Source: an uncultured Acidobacteriota bacterium (lineage in GTDB: Bacteria; Acidobacteriota; Vicinamibacteria; Marinacidobacterales; SMYC01). Taken from it: DNA of 64,000 nt. Within the stretch, counting starts at the first letter, position 1. Each line of letters starts with the position of its first letter. Under the pieces are notes generated by a model, which had not been told where the DNA came from, made no database searches, and was given only the letters and a program-made list of their open reading frames with translations. A program made the translations under genes and the position numbers. Positions 10,212-19,101 of the stretch are shown here, piece after piece. Location: the NCBI GenBank assembly GCA_963820855.1, contig CAWGBY010000009.1, positions 764,756 to 828,755 of the forward strand, given 5' to 3'.

Positions 10212-12857
10212 TCAGTCGAGATAGAGGGTCTCCTTGGGGTCGAGCCGGGCCGCTCGCCGAGCCGGGAGCGCGCAGGCAAGGGTGACGGTCAGAATCGAGA
10301 TCGCGACCGCGAGCGCCATCGCCGATGGCTCCGTCGGGGACGTCTCGAAGAGGAGCGACGTCAGGAACCGGCCCGCGAGAACCGCGCTCAAGACTCCGAG
10401 GATGGCGCCGAAGGTGGCGAGCTTCAGGCCGCTCCCCAGGACCAGCGCGAGAATCCGCCCGCGATCCGCTCCGAGCGCCATGCGGAGCCCCATCTCGCGC
10501 TGTCTCTGGTTCACGCTCTGCGCGACGACGCCGTAGAGGCCGATGGTCGCGAGGAGGAGGGCGATGGCGCCGAACACCGTCATCACGACGGCGCTGAACC
10601 GATCGGGAGCGAGCGAAGTTCCCGCGAGATCCGACATCACTCCGAGACTGTGGACCGGCTCGCTCGCATCGATCGCGAGGACCGTTGTCCGGACCAGCGG
10701 GGCGAGGGTGAGCGGCGACGACGTGCGAATCACGAGGTTCATCGGAAGATAGGGGTTCTGCGCGTGGGGGATGTAGGCCTCCGGCGCGGGCTCGCTGCGG
10801 TACCCGTCGAACCGCGTGTCCCCGACGACGCCGACGACCTCGTAAACGGCCTGCGCGTCCTGGTAGTCGATGACGAGGCGTTTTCCGAGGGGGCTTTCGC
10901 CGTTCCAGGTCCTTCGAGCCATCGTTTCGTTCACAATCAGGACGCGAGGTCTCGTGCGATCGTCGCGATCGTCGAAGATCCGGCCTTCGAGAAGACGGAT
11001 ACGCATCGTCTCGAAGTAGCCGATGGTAGGCATGCGGAGTCTCACGCCGGCGCCGCCTCCCGCAGGTCTTTCTTCTCCATCGCGCCAGAAAGGACGGTCG
11101 AAATCGACGTCCACGGAGTCGATGGGGAGGGCGGTCGAGCCGCCCGCGGACTCGACCCCCGGAAGGCTCCGGATCTCCGACAGGAGCTGTGAGTAATAAT
11201 GATGAGCGCCGCCCTTCCGGTACTTGTCGTCGTCGAGCCGCATTCGAACGACGAGGAGGTTGTCCGGGTCGAACCCGGGGTCGACTTCCAGCACGCGGGA
11301 GAAACTCCGCAGCAGCAGCAGCGTGCCGACGAGAAGCGCTACGGAGAGCGCGATCTCCGAGATCACGAGCGCGCTTCGGAGCCGAAGGCGTCCCCGGTCG
11401 AGGGAAAGGACGCTGCCGGAGCCCTTGAGACCTTCGAACGGTGCTGCCGTCGCGCTCTGAAAGGCGGGCGCGAGCCCGCTCAGGAGTCCGGCCGCAGCTG
11501 ATGCGGCGAGGGCGAAAGCGAGGACACGACCGTCGAGGACCGTCTCTTCGATTCGGAAGATCGACCCCGGCGGGAGTCGCGCGAAAAGAGAGACGCTGGC
11601 TGCGGCGAACGCGACTCCCAGGATTCCTCCGATGATCGCGATGAAGGCACTTTCGAAGAGGAGCTGTCGGGCGATTCTGCCGCGAGACGCTCCGAGAGCG
11701 GTTCGGACGGCGAGCTCTCGGCTTCGGGCGGAAGCGCGCACGAGAAGGAGTCCGGCGACGTTCGCGCAGGCGAGGAGCAGCAGGAAGCCGACCGCGCCCG
11801 CGAGGACCAGAAGCGCCGGCTCGGCCTTTCCCACCAGGACTTCTCGAAGAGGAACGAGGTCGACGGTCCAGCCTCGATTGGTCGCTGGATAGGCGGCGGC
11901 GAGGCCTTCGGCGATCCCCTCGAGCTCGGCGCGGGCATCCTGGAGGGACTCGCCGTTCCGGATGCGCGCGGCGGTCCGCACGAAGCGCCAGTCGCGCGGG
12001 ACTGAGCCATGGTGAGCATAGTCGCGCTCGAAGTCCCACGGTTTGAAGAGCTGGACTTCTCCCTCGAGCGTTCCGGGAGTGCGAAACGCGGCCGGCATGA
12101 CGCCGACGACGCGGAAGGACGCATCCCGGAAGCGGATGTCGCGCCCGACGATCGCGTCGTCGCCGCCGAAACGGCGCTGCCAGAGCGCGTAGCTCAAAAC
12201 GGCCACGCGCTCTCCCGAGCCGACCTCGCGAGATTCGAACGTCCGCCCGAAGAGCGCCGGTACGTCGAACACGGCGAAGAAGTCCGCGGTGACCATGGCG
12301 CTCGGCACGTCTTCGGCGTCATGGGTGGAGTCTCCCAGGAGCGTCGTCGACTCGATCCACCACGCGGCGACCTCGGAGAGCGTTCGGCTTTCGCGCCGCC
12401 AGTCGATAACGTTCGCCGGGGCGGGGTGGTGCCGTTCTCCCGCCTCTTGAACCTCGAAAACGCTGACGATTCTCTCGGGCTCGTGATACGGGAGCGGGCG
12501 AAGGAGCACCGCTTCGATCACGCTGAAAAGCGCCGTCGCCGAGCCGATGCCGGCGGCGAGCGTAATGGAAGCAGTCGCGACGAAGGCCGGCCGCTTCGCC
12601 AGGGCTCGAAGCGCCTGGCGAAAATCCTGCGAGAAGGATTCCCACCGCCACGATTCGCGGAGATGCCAGAGCGCGTGCGGAACCGAGCCCCCACTCCGGC
12701 GGAGGAGCCGGAGCGCCCCGCGGGTATCGAGCTCTCCCGGGCGGCGATGGAGAATTTCAGCCTCCCACTCCTGGACCCATCGGTGCCGTTCCGCCTTCGG
12801 TACGAGAATGGAGGCGGCTCGCACCACGGCGCGAGCGAGGGTGGCGATCGAGCTCAC
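10212..12857 (-). CDS. ABC transporter permease, duplicated MacB/FtsX type (acidobacterial duplicated orphan permease-like)
   Basis: Intact, about 881 aa. Two FtsX-type 4-TM modules are each preceded by a large periplasmic domain, after an N-terminal cytoplasmic leader (AERHRWVQEWEAEILHR). The start is taken as GTG 12857-12855, which overlaps the PadR stop as GTGA. The longer 1029-aa ORF in the track would run through padR. Confidence 0.9.
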   Translation of the reverse strand: MSSIATLARAVVRAASILVPKAERHRWVQEWEAEILHRRPGELDTRGALRLLRRSGGSVPHALWHLRESWRWESFSQDFRQALRALAKRPAFVATASITLAAGIGSATALFSVIEAVLLRPLPYHEPERIVSVFEVQEAGERHHPAPANVIDWRRESRTLSEVAAWWIESTTLLGDSTHDAEDVPSAMVTADFFAVFDVPALFGRTFESREVGSGERVAVLSYALWQRRFGGDDAIVGRDIRFRDASFRVVGVMPAAFRTPGTLEGEVQLFKPWDFERDYAHHGSVPRDWRFVRTAARIRNGESLQDARAELEGIAEGLAAAYPATNRGWTVDLVPLREVLVGKAEPALLVLAGAVGFLLLLACANVAGLLLVRASARSRELAVRTALGASRGRIARQLLFESAFIAIIGGILGVAFAAASVSLFARLPPGSIFRIEETVLDGRVLAFALAASAAAGLLSGLAPAFQSATAAPFEGLKGSGSVLSLDRGRLRLRSALVISEIALSVALLVGTLLLLRSFSRVLEVDPGFDPDNLLVVRMRLDDDKYRKGGAHHYYSQLLSEIRSLPGVESAGGSTALPIDSVDVDFDRPFWRDGEERPAGGGAGVRLRMPTIGYFETMRIRLLEGRIFDDRDDRTRPRVLIVNETMARRTWNGESPLGKRLVIDYQDAQAVYEVVGVVGDTRFDGYRSEPAPEAYIPHAQNPYLPMNLVIRTSSPLTLAPLVRTTVLAIDASEPVHSLGVMSDLAGTSLAPDRFSAVVMTVFGAIALLLATIGLYGVVAQSVNQRQREMGLRMALGADRGRILALVLGSGLKLATFGAILGVLSAVLAGRFLTSLLFETSPTEPSAMALAVAISILTVTLACALPARRAARLDPKETLYLD

Positions 12858-13174
12858 CTCGACGCCTTGACGAGGTTCGCGAGCGAGCGACTCAAGTCCT
12901 TGTAGAGCAGCAGGGCCTCGGCCAGCCGTTCGCGTCCTTCCGTGGTCAGCTCGTAGTACCGCCGCGGCGGGCGCTTTTCCTTCTGGGCGATCTTGGAGCT
13001 CTCCCAACGAGAGGAGACGAGTCCGTCTCGCTCCAGACGCGAGAGCGCGGGATAGACGGTTCCACTGGCAAGACCCGTCTCGTCCATCAGGTCGAACCCG
13101 TGGCCGACTCCCCGGGCCACGGCCTCGAGGATCTGAATCTGAACGTTGCCGAGAGAGCGCTTGCGTTTCGTCAT
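12854..13174 (-). CDS. PadR-family transcriptional regulator
   Basis: 106 aa with a winged-helix signature (GHGFDLMDETGLASGTVYPALSRLERDGLVSSRWE...KRPPRRYYELTTEGR). It is translationally coupled to the permease downstream. Confidence 0.9.
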   Translation of the reverse strand: MTKRKRSLGNVQIQILEAVARGVGHGFDLMDETGLASGTVYPALSRLERDGLVSSRWESSKIAQKEKRPPRRYYELTTEGRERLAEALLLYKDLSRSLANLVKASR

Positions 13175-13190
13175 GACTACCTATGTAGAT

Positions 13191-13218
13191 ATTATAGCTA
13201 TAGACGTTTCCATTGCAA
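13191..13218 (-). promoter_or_regulatory. putative sigma70-type promoter of padR with an overlapping palindrome
   Basis: An AT-rich island in an otherwise GC-rich region. On the minus strand it reads TTGCAA (13218-13213), 16 nt, TATAAT (13196-13191), then only 16 nt to the padR ATG with no Shine-Dalgarno. A perfect 10-bp palindrome TATAGCTATA (13193-13202) overlaps the -10. Confidence 0.45.
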
Positions 13219-13224
13219 GAAAAT

Positions 13225-15099
13225 CTAGTCGGCGATCGCCGCCTTGCGCGCCTTCGCGGGTCGTCCTCCAGGTGGCCGGTCCGAGATCTTCCGGTCCGCA
13301 TAGCCGGCCACTTCGACCAGCTGTTCGAGCGGAGCTTCGAGCCTTGGGTCCTGGCTCGAGCGCAGCACGATCTCTTTCGCGAAGAGGAGCGCGAAATACC
13401 GGAGCTTCGTCGCCGGCCGTGACGAGCTCGCGCGGTAGTCGGGGTGGCCGCTATTGACCTGCCAGCGGCCGTCCTGGAATCGCGACCGCCACGACGAGCC
13501 CGGAGCGTCGATCAGCTCCGGCTCGGGGATTCCCTCGTGCGTGCTCGAGGGAAGGACGTCGACGATCTCGACCGGCGCCGCCGCCGAGGCTTCGGCGCCC
13601 GTCAGGGGCATTCGAGCATGGACCGAAAGAGTTCCTTCTGCAGGGGAGTCCGCTGCTTCGAGCACAGTACGCCCGGGCTCGTTCCTCACCTTGCCCACGG
13701 GCCCGAAAACCTTCCACGCGAGCTCGATGCCTTCCCGGATCCGGCGTCCGCCTGCATCCCGCGCCTCGGCCCGGACGATCTTCTCGCCCCCTTTCTCGAT
13801 CACGATCCGCACCGGGGAGATCGCGACCGCCGCGAGAGGCCCGGGCGGGAAGAGCTCCGCGGCGTCGGCGCCCGATCCTTCGGAGGCGTCATTCTCTTCG
13901 ATGGTTTCATCGACACCCGGGCCGGGCCCCCCACCATCGCCGTCCGCCCCCTCGGTCTTTTTCTCCGTCGGGAGCATGGTGTAGCTCGGCCTCTTCCGAT
14001 AGAAATCTCTGAAAGCCCTCTGCAGGTCCCGGATCAGATTCTGGTCGAGCGCCTCCTCGCGCTCGCGCTCCTTCGTTTCCAGGATCGAGACCAGGAGCGG
14101 CTCCACCCGCCGAAGGGCTTCCGCGAAGTGATGGGCCATCTCGTCGGGAATGATGCCCCGGCGGCTTCCGGGCGCGACGTGCACTTCTGGAAAATCCACC
14201 ATGCCCGTAAGGCGCGAGTCAGTCCAAGGGTCATGGTCGAGACCGATCGCGGAAAGCTCGCGGAAGCTCTCCGCGACCAGCGTTCCTGCCGCGTAGACGG
14301 CGATCGGACGGAACGATTCTCCGTTCGACCCCTCTCCGGTGAGATAGATCTCGAGCTTTATGGGCGCGTGGCCCGGGATCGCCACGGTGCTCAGTCCCTC
14401 GAGCCTCTCACCCAGAAACCGCGGAGGCTTGACCCTGAGCTTCTTCGGCGAGCGACCGCGCGACATCTTGTCCTCGATCGTGACCTCGACCGCGCGCATG
14501 AGTAGCTGGCCGCGCAGCTCCGAGGCGAGAAAGTCCGCGGCCCTGCGAGCGCCCACGACCGCCGCGGCTTCCTTCCCGAGGCCCACTACTACGACCTCGG
14601 TGAATCGTTCGTCGAACGCGAGCTTTCCGCGAAGGGGCTCGATCCTGTACTCGGGCCGGTTGCGATGAAGGATGAGCCGATAGGACTTCTGCCCGGGAAG
14701 TGACGAACGAATCTCGAGCATCTCCCCGAGACTCCAGAAGCCGAGAAGGCCGATCCCATACTGTCCCTGGGTCATGAGCTCGTAGCGCTTCTCCGGGGAA
14801 AGCGAACGCTTGCGGCTATGGCCGATATGAGTCGCGATGTAATGCATCGCGTCCGGCCGATCGAGCTCCGGGATGACTCCCTCGCCGTCGTCATGAATCT
14901 TCAGACATGCGACCCCCTTTTCGCGCACACGAACGATGCGGATATGCCGGGCGTTCGCGTCCAGGCTGTTCTGGACGAGCTCCGCGAGCGCCTTTCTCGG
15001 ATCCGGCTGGCTCAGAGCCAGCCACCGCACGAGCTCGAAGGGATCGTGGACGCGGACGCGGCCTTCTTCGACCCGCGAATCACGCGCTTTTTTCGACAT
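13225..15099 (-). CDS. non-kinase GHKL-superfamily ATPase (Hsp90/MutL/MORC-like ATP-binding protein) with Ig-like C-terminal region
   Basis: Start taken at ATG 15099 (MSKKARDSRV...); the ORF-track start at 15450 adds 117 implausible residues. Bergerat-fold motifs appear in order: ELVQNSLDANARHIRI, HDDGEGV, GQYGIGLLGFWSLG. It is intact at 624 aa. No H-box, Toprim or MutL C-terminal motif was seen. Confidence 0.85.
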   Translation of the reverse strand: MSKKARDSRVEEGRVRVHDPFELVRWLALSQPDPRKALAELVQNSLDANARHIRIVRVREKGVACLKIHDDGEGVIPELDRPDAMHYIATHIGHSRKRSLSPEKRYELMTQGQYGIGLLGFWSLGEMLEIRSSLPGQKSYRLILHRNRPEYRIEPLRGKLAFDERFTEVVVVGLGKEAAAVVGARRAADFLASELRGQLLMRAVEVTIEDKMSRGRSPKKLRVKPPRFLGERLEGLSTVAIPGHAPIKLEIYLTGEGSNGESFRPIAVYAAGTLVAESFRELSAIGLDHDPWTDSRLTGMVDFPEVHVAPGSRRGIIPDEMAHHFAEALRRVEPLLVSILETKEREREEALDQNLIRDLQRAFRDFYRKRPSYTMLPTEKKTEGADGDGGGPGPGVDETIEENDASEGSGADAAELFPPGPLAAVAISPVRIVIEKGGEKIVRAEARDAGGRRIREGIELAWKVFGPVGKVRNEPGRTVLEAADSPAEGTLSVHARMPLTGAEASAAAPVEIVDVLPSSTHEGIPEPELIDAPGSSWRSRFQDGRWQVNSGHPDYRASSSRPATKLRYFALLFAKEIVLRSSQDPRLEAPLEQLVEVAGYADRKISDRPPGGRPAKARKAAIAD

Positions 15100-15165
15100 C
15101 GGGCCGAACCTTAACACGACTCCCGCGGTTGCGGCCTCACCGGACGACGCGATAGGTTCCACTTC

Positions 15166-16134
15166 ATGCGGAGTGTCCTTCTGATGTTGTTGATGACCTC
15201 GAGCGTTCTCTACGGCCAGAATCGGACCTATCGATACCTCCATCTGGACGTCTTCACCGACCGGGTGCTCACCGGAAATCAGCTCGCGGTGTTCCTCGCT
15301 CCCGAGGGGCTGAGCGCCGAAGAAATGCAGCTCATCGCGCGCGAGATGAATTTTTCCGAGAGCACCTTCGTGTTTCCCGCCGACGCGCCCGGCACGGATT
15401 TCCGCGTGCGCATCTTCACTCCGCGAAGCGAGCTCGACTTCGCGGGCCACCCCACCATCGGAACCGCGTTCGCTCTCGCCCGCGCTGGCAAGATCGACCC
15501 AAAAAAGAAGAGGGTCGTGCTCGGCGAAGGCATCGGCCCCGTTCCCGTGGATCTCGAGTGGGGCGACGGCGGACTTCGCTTCGCGTGGATGTACCAGCTG
15601 GAGCCGACCTTCGGGAAGACCATCGAGGACGCGGCGGCGGTCGCGGAAGCGCTCGGGGTCGAAGCTGCGGATATCCGGGGGTCGGGCACTCCGGTGCAGG
15701 AGGTGTCGTGCGGCGCGACCTTCCTCTTCGTGCCCATGGCCACCCGGGCGGCTGTGGATCGCGCCGCGCTCGATCGCGCGGCGATGGGGAGCCTACTCGA
15801 GCGCCGGGAGATGCAGCGCCGCGGCGTATTCGTCTTCTCGAAAGAGCCCGGCGGCGACGATGCCACCGTCTACAGCCGCATGCTTAGTTTCGGCGGCAAC
15901 GAAGACCCCGCGACGGGAAGCGCGAGCGGTCCTCTCGGCGCGTACCTCGTGCACCACGGAGTCGTTCCCCGGGAGAAGTCGGGCGAGATCCTGAGCCGTC
16001 AGGGAGTCAAGATGGGCCGCCCGAGCCAGGTGTTCATCGCCATCGGTCTCGAAGGGGATGCTATTAAAGAGGTGCGGGTCGGGGGCGCCTCGGTTTTCGT
16101 GGGCGAGGGAAGTGTCGAGCTAGGCTCGCGTTAG
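15166..16134 (+). CDS. PhzF-family isomerase
   Basis: 322-aa intact ORF. HLDVFTDRVLTGNQLAVF, MNFSESTFV, GHPTIGTAFAL and GNEDPATGSASGPLGAYL are typical of PhzF/YddE family proteins. Confidence 0.9.
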   Translation: MRSVLLMLLMTSSVLYGQNRTYRYLHLDVFTDRVLTGNQLAVFLAPEGLSAEEMQLIAREMNFSESTFVFPADAPGTDFRVRIFTPRSELDFAGHPTIGTAFALARAGKIDPKKKRVVLGEGIGPVPVDLEWGDGGLRFAWMYQLEPTFGKTIEDAAAVAEALGVEAADIRGSGTPVQEVSCGATFLFVPMATRAAVDRAALDRAAMGSLLERREMQRRGVFVFSKEPGGDDATVYSRMLSFGGNEDPATGSASGPLGAYLVHHGVVPREKSGEILSRQGVKMGRPSQVFIAIGLEGDAIKEVRVGGASVFVGEGSVELGSR

Positions 16135-16227
16135 CTCGCATCCCGCAGGCGGCGTGACGACGGTCACCAAGGAAGCTCCGCTCTCGTGGTACACCAAGAC
16201 GTTCCCGAAAATCCGGAGGGTGACCCC

Positions 16228-17793
16228 GTGAAGAACGCTTGGGGCCTGGTTCTTTTCGTCTCGAGTCTCGGGTTTGCCGGGCCGCCGCCGGCCGCCACGC
16301 TGGTCTCGCCCAGAGGAGCCGGAGTGCCGGCCCAGCCGGCCTTCGTCTGGAACGCCGTTCCGACCTCGACGGAGTACCAACTCTGGGTGAACGGGCCGTC
16401 GCGCAGAGTTCTTCAGCACTGGTATCCGGCGACCGGCGTTTGTAACGCCACCACCTGCTCGGTCACTCCCGCGCTGAGGCTCACCGCGGGAACGCACACC
16501 TGGAAAGTCCGCACCAAGAATTCCGACGGTCTCGGACCTTGGAGCTCTGCGAGAACTTTCACCGTATCGCCCCAGGGAGCGGCGCGCCCTTCACCGCCTT
16601 CCCTCCAATCCCCATCGGGGAACATTTCGACACCTCAGCCGACCTACGAGTGGACGGCGGTGAGCGCGGCGATCGAGTACCACCTCGTGGTGAACGGACC
16701 GTCGGGTGCGGTCGTGAACGAGTGGTTCGGCGCGGCGGCGAACTGCTCCGGCCAGACCTGCGAAGTCACGCCGACCACGACCCTTCCCGTCGGAGAGTAC
16801 GACTGGTGGGTTCAGACGAGAAATGGAGCGGGCACTTCTCGCCGGAGCGCGAGCCGGACCTTTACCGTCGACGAGCCCGTCGTTCCCGGCAATGATTACT
16901 TTCCGCGCGGAGCGATCTGGTATCAGGACGTGAGCGCGGCGGCGCTCGATCCGCAATCGGCGCAGGCCATCGCCTGGCTCCAGAATGCGGGCGGCTTCGG
17001 TCTCGGCCGGATGCAGATCGATTTCTCCATCGAGGTTCTGACCGCGAGCGATTCCACTCCCCTTCGTTCGTTCGTTCCCACTTCGGATCACTTCAGCCCG
17101 GACTGTGATTTCGATCCGGTGCCCGTTCCGCCGGGAGGAGCCCTCGAGGGAGAAACCGGGTACGAATGCGAGAGCGACGGCGACTGCCATCTCATCGTGG
17201 CGCAGAGGTCTCAGAACCGCTTGTTCGAAATGTGGCGAGCCAACATCGTAGGCGGGACGTTCTACGGAGGATGCCTCGCGGTCTGGGATATGTCCCGAGT
17301 CTACGGGCCCGAGGGCCGCGGCGAGAACTGCACGAGCGCGGATGCCGCCGGATATCCGATCGCGCCCCTTCTCTTCACCGCGGACGAAGTCGCGAGCGGC
17401 GAGATCTCCCACGCCATCCGCTTCATTCTCCCGAACAGTCGAATTCGAAACGGAGTCTACGTGCATCCCGCGACGCACTCGACCGGCGCCGCCAGCGCCC
17501 CTTCGCCGGCGCCGCCGTATGGCGCGCGGTTTCGCCTCAGAGCCGACTATCCGCTCGCGAGCCTTCCGAATGAGGCCGCCCGTGTCGTCGCGCGGGCGCT
17601 CCAGCGCTACGGGATGTTTCTCGCGGACGGCGGAAACGTCGCCCTGACCGCGCAGAGCGACCGTTTCACGACCGCGAAGTGGTCGGGACTCCTCGGCTCG
17701 CGCGATCTCCAGGCAATCCAAGTGAGCGACTTCCAGATGATCGCTGGAGGCGCCCGCATCGCCTACACGGGCGACTGCCGACCGGTACCTTGA
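16228..17793 (+). CDS. secreted protein with two tandem Cys-pair repeat domains and a conserved-looking C-terminal domain
   Basis: GTG at 16228 lies 8 nt after GGAGGG, followed by a signal peptide (VKNAWGLVLFVSSLGFA). Two repeats of about 95 aa share W.AV....EY.L.VNGPS......W.......C....C.VTP...L..G...W.V.T.N..G....S..RTFTV. They are followed by about 300 aa with no family recognised. Confidence 0.75.
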   Translation: MKNAWGLVLFVSSLGFAGPPPAATLVSPRGAGVPAQPAFVWNAVPTSTEYQLWVNGPSRRVLQHWYPATGVCNATTCSVTPALRLTAGTHTWKVRTKNSDGLGPWSSARTFTVSPQGAARPSPPSLQSPSGNISTPQPTYEWTAVSAAIEYHLVVNGPSGAVVNEWFGAAANCSGQTCEVTPTTTLPVGEYDWWVQTRNGAGTSRRSASRTFTVDEPVVPGNDYFPRGAIWYQDVSAAALDPQSAQAIAWLQNAGGFGLGRMQIDFSIEVLTASDSTPLRSFVPTSDHFSPDCDFDPVPVPPGGALEGETGYECESDGDCHLIVAQRSQNRLFEMWRANIVGGTFYGGCLAVWDMSRVYGPEGRGENCTSADAAGYPIAPLLFTADEVASGEISHAIRFILPNSRIRNGVYVHPATHSTGAASAPSPAPPYGARFRLRADYPLASLPNEAARVVARALQRYGMFLADGGNVALTAQSDRFTTAKWSGLLGSRDLQAIQVSDFQMIAGGARIAYTGDCRPVP

Positions 17794-17799
17794 TACGCG

Positions 17800-19092
17800 T
17801 CAGCGGACTCGTATCGACCAGGCGCGCAGGGGAAGTCCGACCGCGGCGAGGGCGAGAGCGAAGAGACTGTTTCGCGTATCTCCGGTAACCGCCCCCACGA
17901 CGAAGATGCCGGCGCACGCCGCGACGAGGATGGCGGAGGCGGGATAGCCCCAGGCCCGGAAGGGGCGCGGAAGATTCGGCTCGCGCCGCCGCAGCACGAT
18001 GAGCGCGACGCAGCAGATGAAGTAGTTCGCCGCGAGGAAAAAGGACGCCATCGCGACGAGCTTCTCGAACGTGCCGCTCGCCGCGAGGAGGATCGCGCCC
18101 CCGGCGGTCAGAAACATCGCGGTGACGGGAGTCCCTCCCTCGCTCACATTGGCCGCGCCCGACCAGCGGGGAATGTCGCGCGCGAGGGCGTAGAGAATCC
18201 GCGTCCCGACCATCAGTATGGCGTTCAGGAGCGGGAGGAGGGAGATGAGAGACAAAAGCGTGACGAGGCGTCGACCACCGATGCCGAAGACTGCCTCCGC
18301 CGCGTCGGCGGCGGGGAGCTTCGAGCTCGCGAGCTCGGATATCGGGAGGACGTGAAGAAGAGCGAGATTCACGAGGAGGTATACAACGATCACGATGGCG
18401 ACTCCGCCGATCATCGCGCGCGGCACGTTTTTCGCGGGGTCGCGGTCCTCTTCCGCGAAATAGAGTCCGCTCTGCCAGCCGCCGTAGGTGATGATGACGG
18501 ACTGGAGAGCCAGAACGACCGCGAAGAACAGGCTTCCGGAACGAGCCGGCTCGACCGCGGACGCCGAGCCAGGGTGCCGGAAGCAGGCGGCGACCAGGGC
18601 CAGAAACGCCAGGAACTTGACGAGGCTCGTGATCTCCTGCGCGCGGCTCGATACCTTCAGGCCCATCCATTGCAGCACGACGAAGACCGAGAGAGCCGCG
18701 ATCGCGATCGGTGTTACCCCGACGCTCGAAAGCTCCGGAACGAGCGCGAGCGAGAACTCTCCCGTCGCGATGGAGATGTACCCGAGGATCGCGCAGTAGG
18801 TCACCCAATCGGTCCAGCCGGTGAGAAATCCAAAGCGATCGCCGAACGCGCGCCGCGCATAGACGTAATAGCCACCGGTTTGAGGTAGCGCCGTACCGAG
18901 CTCGGCGAAGCAGGCCGCGCCGATGAGCGTGTACAGCCCCCCGAGCGTCCAAACGGTGAGAATCAAGGCCTTGGTTTGAAGCTGCGCCGCGACCGTGCCG
19001 GGCGTGCGCAGGATACCGACCCCAATGGTCCCTCCGAGGATCACCGCGAGCCCGAACGTAAGGCCGAGGATGCGAAGAAGAGGTCGTGCCAT
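17800..19092 (-). CDS. APC-family amino acid permease
   Basis: 430-aa intact polytopic membrane ORF with about 12 hydrophobic helices. The N-terminal GGTIGVGILRTPG motif is typical of APC transporters. Confidence 0.9.
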   Translation of the reverse strand: MARPLLRILGLTFGLAVILGGTIGVGILRTPGTVAAQLQTKALILTVWTLGGLYTLIGAACFAELGTALPQTGGYYVYARRAFGDRFGFLTGWTDWVTYCAILGYISIATGEFSLALVPELSSVGVTPIAIAALSVFVVLQWMGLKVSSRAQEITSLVKFLAFLALVAACFRHPGSASAVEPARSGSLFFAVVLALQSVIITYGGWQSGLYFAEEDRDPAKNVPRAMIGGVAIVIVVYLLVNLALLHVLPISELASSKLPAADAAEAVFGIGGRRLVTLLSLISLLPLLNAILMVGTRILYALARDIPRWSGAANVSEGGTPVTAMFLTAGGAILLAASGTFEKLVAMASFFLAANYFICCVALIVLRRREPNLPRPFRAWGYPASAILVAACAGIFVVGAVTGDTRNSLFALALAAVGLPLRAWSIRVR

Positions 19093-19101
19093 CTAAGCCA
19101 A

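Noticed and set aside
10212-13301. The 1029-aa ORF taken as a single protein.
   Set aside because: Its first 148 codons run antisense-free but out of frame through the PadR gene and the AT-rich promoter, and they translate to low-complexity Arg-rich sequence. A GTG at 12857 overlapping the padR stop gives the usual PadR-permease arrangement.
15100-15450. An N-terminal extension of the GHKL ATPase ORF, with the start at 15450.
   Set aside because: The extension overlaps the divergent phzF start region and has non-protein-like composition. ATG 15099 gives a normal N-terminus 20 residues before the first conserved motif.
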